DNA from: an uncultured Chloroflexia bacterium
GTDB lineage: Bacteria; Chloroflexota; Anaerolineae; Anaerolineales; Anaerolineaceae
Length of the DNA stretch: 32,000 nt
NCBI GenBank assembly: GCA_963704755.1
Contig: OY969938.1
Location: 870,001-902,000 of the forward strand
Direction: 5' to 3'
Every line of letters starts with the position of its first letter. Positions within the stretch are counted from its first letter, which is position 1. A program made the position numbers and the translations under genes. Below the pieces are notes generated by a model. It did no database searches, had not been told where the DNA came from, and saw only the letters and a program-made list of their open reading frames with translations. Shown here one piece after another: positions 17,660-25,755 of the stretch.

Positions 17660-18439
17660 TCAACTCAACCCAAACGGCCCCATCACCTGAATGCGCGAAC
17701 AATTTCCATACCAATTGGCTCCCCAGGTGAGGTACAGGCTCGCTACCGTCCAGGCCAACGGCGTTTTCACCTGTATTTTGCCCAGAAAATCTACCCAGCG
17801 AGTCAATTCGGTCTCGAGCGGGTGAACGTAGCGCAAAAGGCTGACATGGGCAGCCGTGGGTACGTAGCGGGTCATACTGTTGACCCCGATCTCTTCCAGC
17901 CTCTGGCGTAATTGCGCCCGCAGCGCCTGTAATTGCTCATCACATGGCGCAAAATTGACCGCGCAGCCGATTGGATCGAAGCTGAAACCGGCTGATTCCA
18001 GGGCAGGCCAGGGCAAGTCATGCGGTATCGCCGCTAAAGCCGGCCGGATTTTTTTCATGAGGGCAGCTACATCCGCCGGGGTCTGGCCATATACAATCTC
18101 CAGAATGGTCGTGTGCAGGTCCTGACCGGGATAATAATATTGATCCGGCTCCACAGCCTGCAAACGCCCCTGGATTCGCCGGATTTCGTCGATCACCGCC
18201 GCCGGCGGACGCGCAATGATTGTGACGCCGAAGCGTTTGTCCGTTCCGGGGCAGGACAGCTCGTGCGCCAGAGTCTCATCCACCGCGATGCCGCCTGATC
18301 TGAGTGCATATTCTCCGGACCGGCGGTAATCACAGATTTGCTCGACCAAAGCAGATTTATCAAAATCAGGGTATGCAGTAGCCATAGACCTATGGGCAAA
18401 GAGTGACATTCGAAATGAATAAGGCGCGGCCGGTGACAA
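17660..18439 (-). CDS. 2H phosphoesterase superfamily protein (LigT / 2'-5' RNA ligase-like)
   Basis: Two H-x-T/S-x motifs occur at the expected spacing: DLHTTILE and AAHVSLLRY. The start is uncertain. The tracked start is a TTG at 18439, and ATGs at 18409 and 18385 are alternatives. Confidence 0.5.
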   Translation of the reverse strand: MSPAAPYSFRMSLFAHRSMATAYPDFDKSALVEQICDYRRSGEYALRSGGIAVDETLAHELSCPGTDKRFGVTIIARPPAAVIDEIRRIQGRLQAVEPDQYYYPGQDLHTTILEIVYGQTPADVAALMKKIRPALAAIPHDLPWPALESAGFSFDPIGCAVNFAPCDEQLQALRAQLRQRLEEIGVNSMTRYVPTAAHVSLLRYVHPLETELTRWVDFLGKIQVKTPLAWTVASLYLTWGANWYGNCSRIQVMGPFGLS

Positions 18440-18554
18440 CCCTGATTTGAAGTGTCTGCCAGGGGCTTTGCCACCAGAGACACGTCAAATCAAGGTACGC
18501 ATTTAAATGAGCTTGAGCCTTTACGAATATTCTACCCACAATTCGTTGGCAGAC

Positions 18555-20045
18555 CTAAATACAGCGGCTGCGGCCCATGGTCGGGAAGATGACTTCATCC
18601 GGGTAATAATGGTGCAAAATCTGATAATAATACAGGGCTTCCTTGCTCGGCAGGGAATACTCCCAGTCTTTTTGCAGGCGGGCGTTTTCTTTGGTAAAGT
18701 ACGAATCCGAGATCTCCCGGTCGGCCCGCTGCGAGATCATCTCCGCTGAACCGGCGCCGCTGGAAAATTTCTGCTTGGGCCGGTCGATAATGTCAGCCGG
18801 CAGCTTATCGCGGAAAGCCTTGCGCAGGAGCACCTTGCTGGGGGTATTCGGCGCGTGCAGTTTCCAGCGCGCCGGCAGGCTGAGCGCAAACGAGATCGAG
18901 CGCACGTCCAGGAAAGGTACCCGCGCCTCCAGCCCAAAAGCCATAGACATGCGGTCACAGCGTTGTAGATTGATGTTGTGCAGACCCATGGTGATCTCGC
19001 GCATCTCTTGCTGCAAATCCTCGGCGCGAGCCTTCGTGGACAGGTACTCGTAGCCGGCGTAGAGCTCATCCGCGCCTTCACCGGTCAGCATGACCTTGAC
19101 GTGCTCCGCGGCCAGCCTGGCCAAAAAATAGTTGGCGATGGCGCTGCGGACCAGGCCCGGGTCGAACGATTCCAGGTAATAGATCACTTCGGGCAAGGCT
19201 TCCAGGATCTCTTTTTCGGTATACACATATTCATAGTGATGGGTACCCAATACGTCGGCCACCTCTTGAGCGGCCTGGCGGTCCTGGCTGTCTTCGGTGC
19301 CCACGCAAAACGTGTCCATGTCCTGCAAGCCGTCCCGGGCCAGCAGGGTCACGATGCTGGAATCCAACCCACCGCTCAAGCTGACCCCCAGCGCAACGTC
19401 CGATAGGAGCCGTTTATGGACGGAATCCTGCAAAATGGTTGTGATTTTTTCCAACGCCCGCTCTTCGGTGATACTTTCATCCGGAGGTATGGCGGGCACC
19501 TGGTAAAACTGCTCCCAGCCGGTGCGCGAATGGTAGCAGTACCCAGGCGGGAACTCCTGTACGTCGTGGGTAAATTGGGTCAAGGCCTTGATTTCGGAGG
19601 CAAAATAAATCGTGTTTCCCGCCCGGCCCAGGTACAACGGTTTGATCCCCAGGGGATCGCGGGCCAGGAACAGGCTTTTCCCATCCAGGATAGCGATCGA
19701 GAACATACCATCCAGCAAAGCCACCATACCGGGACCCATTTTGCGATATAAAGCCAGGATGGTCTCGGTATCGGTCGTGGTTGAAAAGGAATGCCCTTTT
19801 AAATAGCGCGCCCGCAGCGCCAGGTGATTATAGATTTCCCCGTTATAACTAATCGATAAATTTTGCGCTTTCATCGGCTGCTGGCCTGCTGCCGGGTCCA
19901 GAATAGCCAGCCGGACGTGCCCCATGACAGCATTGGCATATCTTTCCACCCCGCTCCCATCCGGGCCACGATGTTGAATTGTTTGCATCATTTTTTGGAC
20001 GTTTTTTTCCTGGACGGCCTCAAAGCAGCCGGCGATTCCACACAT
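18555..20045 (-). CDS. asnB: Asparagine synthase (glutamine-hydrolysing)
   Basis: 496 aa. The N-terminal MCGIAG provides the Ntn Cys2 nucleophile, and the PP-loop is SLSGGLDSS. The RBS is AGAGGAG. Confidence 0.85.
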   Translation of the reverse strand: MCGIAGCFEAVQEKNVQKMMQTIQHRGPDGSGVERYANAVMGHVRLAILDPAAGQQPMKAQNLSISYNGEIYNHLALRARYLKGHSFSTTTDTETILALYRKMGPGMVALLDGMFSIAILDGKSLFLARDPLGIKPLYLGRAGNTIYFASEIKALTQFTHDVQEFPPGYCYHSRTGWEQFYQVPAIPPDESITEERALEKITTILQDSVHKRLLSDVALGVSLSGGLDSSIVTLLARDGLQDMDTFCVGTEDSQDRQAAQEVADVLGTHHYEYVYTEKEILEALPEVIYYLESFDPGLVRSAIANYFLARLAAEHVKVMLTGEGADELYAGYEYLSTKARAEDLQQEMREITMGLHNINLQRCDRMSMAFGLEARVPFLDVRSISFALSLPARWKLHAPNTPSKVLLRKAFRDKLPADIIDRPKQKFSSGAGSAEMISQRADREISDSYFTKENARLQKDWEYSLPSKEALYYYQILHHYYPDEVIFPTMGRSRCI

Positions 20046-20132
20046 AATTTCTCCTCTTTGTATTTTAATTGGCTACACGCATTGTAAAGCCCTTTTTGTT
20101 TCCGGTTCATCCCGGTGTTCTCCCCCGTAAGA

Positions 20133-20161
20133 TTTATAATAAAAAAACCGCTTCTTGTCAA
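20133..20161 (-). promoter_or_regulatory. asnB promoter
   Basis: On the minus strand, TTGACA (20161-20156), exactly 17 nt, then TATAAA (20138-20133). It lies about 85 nt upstream of the asnB ATG. Confidence 0.6.
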
Positions 20162-20251
20162 ATAAACTTACCGGAAAATGTTGAAAAAGTCGCTTTTCAT
20201 CATCTAGATTGAGGTATATGTAGCAAAAACACCCCACATGTAGGATATTTG

Positions 20252-20292
20252 AGATAGGGTGTGGGCCGGCTTTGCCGGCCCACACCCTATCT
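20252..20292. repeat. Long perfect hairpin D (19 bp, CTTTG centre)
   Basis: AGATAGGGTGTGGGCCGG, then CTTTG, then CCGGCCCACACCCTATCT. It begins 10 nt after the epimerase stop, so it is in terminator position for the mutase-epimerase operon, but no U-tract follows. Confidence 0.7.
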
Positions 20293-20301
20293 ACGGATTA
20301 T

Positions 20302-20706
20302 TCAGCTAAGCTGGTAGAGTTCGATCAAAACCCCGCCGGTGCTCTTAGGGTGGACGAAAGCCATTTTCCGGCCGGGCAGCTCGAGCGGCTCTTCATTGAT
20401 CAGGCGCACGCCTTTTTCCTTCAGTTGGGCCAGCATACCGGCGATGTCATCTACCTCCAGGCACAGATGGTGCATGCCGCCGCCCCGCTCGGCCAGGAAT
20501 TTGGCCACACCGGTGTCGCTCGCGCTTGGCTGGACCAGCTCGATTTCGCTATCCCCGACCGGCAGGAAGGCCACGGTCGCTTTCTGGGATGGCACATTTT
20601 CGACCTGGCTTACCTGTAAACCTAAAGCATCCTGCCAAAATTTCAAAGCGGCATCCACGTCTGTCACCGCGACGGCCACGTGGTTGATTTTGCCAATGGT
20701 TGCCAT
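20302..20706 (-). CDS. mce: Methylmalonyl-CoA epimerase (VOC/glyoxalase fold)
   Basis: The internal ATG at 20706 gives MATIGKINHVAVAVTDVDAALKFW, and GGGMHHLCLEVDDI occurs later. The protein is 134 aa. It lies 16 nt downstream of the mutase gene. The longer tracked ORF would overlap the mutase. Confidence 0.8.
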   Translation of the reverse strand: MATIGKINHVAVAVTDVDAALKFWQDALGLQVSQVENVPSQKATVAFLPVGDSEIELVQPSASDTGVAKFLAERGGGMHHLCLEVDDIAGMLAQLKEKGVRLINEEPLELPGRKMAFVHPKSTGGVLIELYQLS

Positions 20707-20722
20707 GCAATCTCCTTTAAAT

Positions 20723-22372
20723 CTACATCCAGGCCGGCGGCTGGTATTCGCCCCAAACTTTGCGCAGCACCCCGCAGATTTCACCCAGGGTCAGGTCGTT
20801 TTCGACACATTCGATCAACAGCGGCATCAGGTTTTCGTCTGTCCCGGCGGCTGCTTCCAGGTGGGCTAACAACTCCTGCGCGCGGCTGGCATCCCGGTTG
20901 GCCCGCAAGACAGCCAGCTTTTCCCGCTGGCTCTGCTCGATGGCCGGGTTCACCGAAAGCGCCTCCAATTCGAGCGCCTCGTCCGCCTCGAAGGCGTTAA
21001 CTCCTACGACCACCTGCTCTTTATTTTCAATCGCCTTCTGGAAACGGTAAGCCGAATCCTGGATTTCGTTTTGCATATACCCGTTTTCGATCGCTGCCAG
21101 CGCGCCGCCCATCGCATCGATCTTGTCGATGTAGGCCATGGCCTGGCGGCTGATCTCGTCAGTCAGGTTTTCGATCACGTACGAGCCGGCCAGCGGATCC
21201 ACCGAATCGGCCACTCCTGATTCATAGCCGATCACCTGCTGGGTGCGCAGGGCCACCCGCACCGACTTTTCGGTCGGCAGCCAGAGGGCTTCGTCCATGC
21301 TGTTGGTGTGCAGCGATTGGGTCCCGCCCAGGACGGCCGCCAAAGCCTGGATGGTCACCCGCACGACGTTGTTTTCAGGCTGCTGGGCGGTCAGCGTGGA
21401 CCCGCCGGTCTGGGTGTGGAAACGCAGCATCCACGACTTGGGATCCTGGGCCTTGAAACGCTCGCGCATGATGTGCGCCCACATCCGCCGGGCGGCCCGG
21501 AATTTGGCGATTTCTTCCAGAAAATTGTTGTGCGCCGCGAAGAAGAAGGAAAGCTGTGAGGCAAATGCATCCACTTCCAGCCCGGCCTGGAGCGCCGCCT
21601 GGACGTAGGCAATCGCGTCCGCCAGGGTGAAAGCGACTTCCTGGACGGCGGTCGAACCGGCTTCGCGGATATGGTAGCCGGAGATGCTGATCGTGTTCCA
21701 GCGCGGGACCTTCGTCTCGCAGTACTTGAAGACGTCGGTAATCAGGCGCATCGAAGGCGCCGGTGGGAAAATATAGGTTCCGCGGGCCACGTACTCCTTC
21801 AACACATCGTTCTGAATAGTTCCCCGCAGCCATTTCTCGTCCACACCCTGGCGGCGGGCCACGGCGATGTACATGGCCAACAGTACGGCGGCGGGTGCGT
21901 TGATGGTCATACTGGTCGAAACTTTATCCAGGGGAATTTCATGAAATAAAGTTTCCATATCTTGCAACGAAGAAATCGAAACGCCTACTTTGCCGACCTC
22001 GCCTTCCGCCAGGCGGTCGTCGGCATCATAACCGATCTGGGTCGGCAGATCGAAGGCCACCGACAGGCCGGTCTGGCCCTGCTGGAGCAAATAGCGATAG
22101 CGTTGGTTGGATTCCTCCGCCGAGGCATAGCCGGCGTACTGGCGCATCGTCCACAGCCGGCCGCGGTACATAGTCGGCTGCACCCCACGCGTAAAAGGAT
22201 ACTCCCCCGGGAAGCCTAGCTGCGCCATATAATCGCCGGTGGCCGGCAGGCCGACCCTGGGAATCGAGATCTGCGAAGGTGAAAGAAATTCCGCTTTACG
22301 TTCCGGATACTTGGAGAGGATCGGATTTAAGATCTCCGCTTCCCACCGTTTCCGTTCGTCGTCAAGATTCAT
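20723..22372 (-). CDS. Methylmalonyl-CoA mutase, catalytic (TIM-barrel) domain only
   Basis: 549 aa. It has [29 protein letters not shown] and [14 protein letters not shown]. The Tyr in PTMY and the Arg in PAPSMR are the residues I recall as separating MCM from isobutyryl-CoA mutase. No B12-binding domain is present in this ORF or elsewhere in the window. Confidence 0.85.
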   Translation of the reverse strand: MNLDDERKRWEAEILNPILSKYPERKAEFLSPSQISIPRVGLPATGDYMAQLGFPGEYPFTRGVQPTMYRGRLWTMRQYAGYASAEESNQRYRYLLQQGQTGLSVAFDLPTQIGYDADDRLAEGEVGKVGVSISSLQDMETLFHEIPLDKVSTSMTINAPAAVLLAMYIAVARRQGVDEKWLRGTIQNDVLKEYVARGTYIFPPAPSMRLITDVFKYCETKVPRWNTISISGYHIREAGSTAVQEVAFTLADAIAYVQAALQAGLEVDAFASQLSFFFAAHNNFLEEIAKFRAARRMWAHIMRERFKAQDPKSWMLRFHTQTGGSTLTAQQPENNVVRVTIQALAAVLGGTQSLHTNSMDEALWLPTEKSVRVALRTQQVIGYESGVADSVDPLAGSYVIENLTDEISRQAMAYIDKIDAMGGALAAIENGYMQNEIQDSAYRFQKAIENKEQVVVGVNAFEADEALELEALSVNPAIEQSQREKLAVLRANRDASRAQELLAHLEAAAGTDENLMPLLIECVENDLTLGEICGVLRKVWGEYQPPAWM

Positions 22373-22399
22373 AAATCAACCTCGGTTGAAGAATAAATG

Positions 22400-22506
22400 T
22401 ACCTGCTCAATCTGAAAGGGAAGGCCCCGAATTTGAGGTGTTTTCGGGTGCGGAACACCCGAAAACACCTCAAATTCGGGGCCACACTAACCTGAGCCTG
22501 AATAGC
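22400..22506. repeat. Palindromic repeat element, copy B (MITE/REP-like)
   Basis: A perfect 28-bp hairpin pairs 22423-22450 with 22456-22483 around the loop CGGAA. It shares the 17-nt arm core CCGAATTTGAGGTGTTT, the left flank TACCTGCTC (22400-22408) and the right flank TAACCTGA..CCTGA with copy A. Confidence 0.7.
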
Positions 22507-22809
22507 ATCGGGTAGATTTTGCCTGCCTGCCCATGCTAAAAGTATAACCCCGCTCCATATTCTTTGGCATCGGCACAGGCAAATGTTTATGGCCATCTCA
22601 AGGAAGAGTTACGTCGAATGAGCCAGAGAAGGCCATGAAGGGCCTGAGTGACGGATTTGGCGAAAAATTTAATATGGTACACTACTATTAATCGTTATTT
22701 CACCGGGGTTTTGGCGGGCAGATAGATTTGGGGGCAATGCCAGATCCCGTTCCAGAATTTCTTTATCGCTGATCGAACGTTTCATCAATAAAGAGAAATA
22801 GAGCCCAAA

Positions 22810-24024
22810 ATGACTCCCTTTCTTCAATTCATTTTTCTGGTAGCCTTGATCTTGATCACGGCCAAGCTGGGCGGTTACCTGACAACCGCTATTGGCCAAC
22901 CCTCGGTTTTAGGCGAGTTACTGGTCGGGGTATTGCTCGGCCCGACTTTGTTGAACATCACCCATCTGCCCTTTATCACCTCTGATTTAGCAAGTGAATC
23001 GATTCACTTCCTGGGCGAATTAGGTGTCTTGATCCTCATGTTCCTGGCCGGGCTGGAACTGCATATTTCTGAGCTGGCCAGGAATTTCAAAGTGTCGGCC
23101 CTGAGCGGTGCCCTGGGTGTGCTGGTCCCGGTCGGCCTGGGTACCCTGACCGGCGAATTGTTCGGCCTGGACCTGGAACATTCCATATTCCTCGGCCTGA
23201 CCCTGGGAGCGACCAGCGTCAGCATATCCGCCCAGACTTTGATGGAATTGAAAGCGCTGCGCAGTCGGGTTGGCCTGGGTCTGCTGGGCGCCGCGGTGTT
23301 CGACGATATCCTGGTGATCCTGCTGCTCTCAACGTTCGTGGCTTTGGCCGATGGAGGCGGCGGGCTGGCCATCTTGTGGGTATTCATCCGCATGGTGCTG
23401 TTTTTGGCTGCGTCCGTCGCAGTGGGCATTTGGGTTCTCCCACGCCTGGCCCGCTGGGTCGCCAACCTGCCCGTCAGCCAGGGTACCCTGACCTTCGGGT
23501 TGGTCGTTTTGCTGCTGTACGCCCTGGCCGCCGAAGTATTCGGCGGGATGGCAGCCATTACCGGCACGTTCATCGCCGGCCTGATGTTTGGCCGGACGGA
23601 AGAAAAGTCACAAATCGAAGCCGGCCTGCGTTCCCTGGCCTACAGCTTCGTCGTACCGATCTTCTTTGTCAACATCGGGCTGAGCGTCAATATTAGAGAC
23701 CTGCAGGCCGACAACCTGGTTTTTATGGGAGTGATTATCCTGCTGGCGGTGATTGGAAAAATCCTCGGAGTCGGTGTCGGCGCCCGCCTGGGCGGATTCA
23801 ACCTGATCGAATCGCTGCAGATCGGGATTGGTATGGTTTCGCGCGGTGAGGTTGGCCTGATTGTGGCCAGCATCGGTTTACAAACGGGCCATCTCGACGA
23901 AGCCGCATTCTCGACCATTGTAGGGATGGTGCTGGTGTCCACCCTGGTGACGCCGCCCTTACTGCGCCTGTCTTTTAAAGGCATTCATTTAAAGAAAAAA
24001 ACTGATCCTGAACCAGAAGCCTGA
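22810..24024 (+). CDS. Cation:proton antiporter (CPA2/Kef-type), membrane domain only
   Basis: 404 aa and polytopic. The N-terminal AKLGGYLTTAIGQPSVLGELLVGVLLGP block is typical of the Na+/H+ exchanger family. There is no fused KTN/RCK domain. Confidence 0.8.
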   Translation: MTPFLQFIFLVALILITAKLGGYLTTAIGQPSVLGELLVGVLLGPTLLNITHLPFITSDLASESIHFLGELGVLILMFLAGLELHISELARNFKVSALSGALGVLVPVGLGTLTGELFGLDLEHSIFLGLTLGATSVSISAQTLMELKALRSRVGLGLLGAAVFDDILVILLLSTFVALADGGGGLAILWVFIRMVLFLAASVAVGIWVLPRLARWVANLPVSQGTLTFGLVVLLLYALAAEVFGGMAAITGTFIAGLMFGRTEEKSQIEAGLRSLAYSFVVPIFFVNIGLSVNIRDLQADNLVFMGVIILLAVIGKILGVGVGARLGGFNLIESLQIGIGMVSRGEVGLIVASIGLQTGHLDEAAFSTIVGMVLVSTLVTPPLLRLSFKGIHLKKKTDPEPEA

Positions 24025-24044
24025 TTGGAAGTGGAGAATCAACC

Positions 24045-24401
24045 ATGTATATGATCTTTTTTGTGTTGCATGACCCGACTTGTAGCGACCCGGTGATGTC
24101 TGCCTGGGAAGATGCCGGGGTTGGTGGTGTGACCATTTTTCCAAGCACGGGCATGGTACGTATGCGTAAAAAAGCTGCCTGGCGGGATGACCTACCTCTG
24201 ATCCCCAGCCTGTTGGATTTCAAGGATCATCTGGAAAACCTCAACCGCACCCTGGTCACCGTCGTGAACGATGACGACATGGTGGATAAGATCGTCCAGG
24301 TCACCGAGGAAATTGTTGGAAAACTGAACCAACCGGAAACCGGCTTGCTGATTGTGCTGCCGGTCGCACGCGCTTACGGGTTAAATCGAGTCGATGGTTA
24401 A
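24045..24401 (+). CDS. Small PII-like (GlnB/SbtB-fold) protein, hypothetical
   Basis: 118 aa, 20 nt after the antiporter stop, with a GGAGA RBS. The sequence pattern fits beta-alpha-beta, a long basic loop, then beta-alpha-beta. The segments are MIFFVL, SDPVMSAWEDAGV, GVTIFPSTGM, the loop VRMRKKAAWRDD..., TLVTVV, DDMVDKIVQVTEEIV and GLLIVLPVARAYG. The fold assignment is an inference, not a match. Confidence 0.45.
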   Translation: MYMIFFVLHDPTCSDPVMSAWEDAGVGGVTIFPSTGMVRMRKKAAWRDDLPLIPSLLDFKDHLENLNRTLVTVVNDDDMVDKIVQVTEEIVGKLNQPETGLLIVLPVARAYGLNRVDG

Positions 24402-24614
24402 GCCGTATCGCTTTCCAAGCTGGGATCTGCCCAGGCAGGCGTTCCCTCGGATTTGAAACCCAAGCCATGCGATCTAAACAGCAGCTAAAGCTGCACCTAC
24501 CGATACACAAAGACCCACCTGCGTGGGTCTCCATTTCGGTGAATGCCGGTTCCATCGACGGTATTCGGTTTAACCGACGTGTTCTCAGGTTGGAAACCCG
24601 CATCACCTTACTTG

Positions 24615-24647
24615 AGCCCGGCGCAGGCCGGGCTTCGTGTTTTTGTT
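24615..24647 (+). terminator. Intrinsic terminator not attached to any ORF
   Basis: AGCCCGGC, then GCAG, then GCCGGGCT, followed by TCGTGTTTTTGTT. It lies 214 nt downstream of the nearest plus-strand stop at 24401. Confidence 0.6.
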
Positions 24648-24904
24648 GCTGCGACCTTGGTCGCCGGCAAATGCCAATCACCTCAAAAGTTTGCCTTGGG
24701 TCGAATGGCGCAGCGGGCAATGTAACCGGAGCGAATAACCATTATTGAATCCAAGCCTATTCACCGGCAACATCTCCCCTACAGAAGATGGGCTATAGTA
24801 GCCCGACATTGGAAACCGGACTACCATATTTAAGTTTGGGGTATTCAAATTTTCCAATTATGTTTGAACAGGTTGTTGCCTAAAACACCATTCCAATTCC
24901 TGCA

Positions 24905-24933
24905 TTGACGTCGCCACCAGCCTCTGGTAAAAT
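24905..24933 (+). promoter_or_regulatory. rplI promoter
   Basis: TTGACG (24905-24910), exactly 17 nt, then TAAAAT (24928-24933). This predicts a leader about 100 nt long containing a 7-bp hairpin, CCAGGCG (24943-24949) paired with CGCCTGG (24960-24966). Confidence 0.55.
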
Positions 24934-25041
24934 CCTTTGGCTCCAGGCGTTGTACCCTTCGCCTGGTAAAACAAAAGGTGTAATTACTTAGCCGGATGGG
25001 TGAGCAATTACCAAAAAATTTATTGAAAGGGCTTGGAAAAA

Positions 25042-25581
25042 ATGAAAGTTCTCTTGATCAAGGACGTTTACAAGCTGGGCCGGGCCGGGGACGTGAAACG
25101 CGTCGCGGATGGCTATGGCCGTAACTTCCTGATGCCGAAGGGTCTGGCCGTTTTGGCTACCCCGGGCGCGCTCAAACAGGTCGTTCATATCCGCACCAAA
25201 GCAGCCACTTACCGGGCTGTGGCCAACAAAGAAATGAGCGGAGTTGCCGAACAGTTAGCCGGAAAAATGTTCGCTTTTGCGAGCAAAGCCGGCGAGACGG
25301 GCAAGTTGTATGGCTCGATCACCAGCCAGATGATTGCCGATGAAATCAACCATAAATTGGGTACCTCGATCGATCGCCACCAGATCGAAGCCGATCCAAT
25401 TCGTGTGCTGGGCGAACACAAGGCTCACGTTCGCTTGACCGTGGATCTGATCCCCGAAATCAAGATCATCGTCCACCGCGAAGGTGAAATCGTTGAACTT
25501 GAGGCCGCTGAAAAACCAGCCGCCGAAGAAACCGTTGTTGAAGAAACCCAGCAAGCTGAAACACCTGCAGCCGAAGCGTAA
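25042..25581 (+). CDS. rplI: 50S ribosomal protein L9 with an acidic Ala/Glu-rich C-terminal tail
   Basis: MKVLLIKDVYKLGRAGDVKRVADGYGRNFLMPKGLA is the canonical L9 N-domain. The tracked ORF begins at a TTG at 25033, and I prefer the ATG at 25042. The tail is EAAEKPAAEETVVEETQQAETPAAEA. Confidence 0.9.
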   Translation: MKVLLIKDVYKLGRAGDVKRVADGYGRNFLMPKGLAVLATPGALKQVVHIRTKAATYRAVANKEMSGVAEQLAGKMFAFASKAGETGKLYGSITSQMIADEINHKLGTSIDRHQIEADPIRVLGEHKAHVRLTVDLIPEIKIIVHREGEIVELEAAEKPAAEETVVEETQQAETPAAEA

Positions 25582-25618
25582 AGTTTCTCTTTCCAACTGC
25601 AAGTTGATGGTCACCCGA

Positions 25619-25660
25619 ATACCTCGCAGGTTCAATGAACCTGTGAGGTATTTATATTTA
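25619..25660 (+). terminator. rplI intrinsic terminator
   Basis: A 15-bp stem pairs AATACCTCGCAGGTT with AACCTGTGAGGTATT (one G-U pair) around the loop CAATG. TATATTT follows. Confidence 0.6.
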
Positions 25661-25755
25661 GCAACTGCCCGAAAGATTATTTTTGGATTAGTACTCATCA
25701 AAGAAAGTACGATCGCCCAAAATTTGGGTTATTTAACGATAAAATTGCAGTGCTT

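Noticed and set aside
18555-20045. AsnB homologue as a possible lasso-peptide cyclase or RiPP enzyme
   Set aside because: It retains the N-terminal Cys2 glutaminase nucleophile and the standard PP-loop. No precursor peptide, B-protein/transglutaminase-like protease, PqqD-like RRE or ABC exporter lies nearby. An ordinary asparagine synthase is the simpler reading.
8836-22483. Repeated hairpins as a CRISPR array
   Set aside because: The copies are kilobases apart. They are not arranged as regular repeat-spacer units, and no cas genes are present.
24445-24470. T-loop-like GGATTTGAAACCC (minus strand GGGTTTCAAATCC), suggesting a tRNA or tmRNA end
   Set aside because: The flanking bases do not form a 5-bp T-stem. 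I could not build an acceptor stem or anticodon arm, and there is no CCA context.
24467-24748. 93-aa plus-strand ORF, and the 139-aa minus-strand ORF at 24301-24720, in the gap between the PII-like gene and rplI
   Set aside because: The plus-strand ORF runs straight through an intrinsic terminator. Both have Arg/Cys-rich, low-information sequences with no RBS. The region is more plausibly non-coding RNA or spacer.
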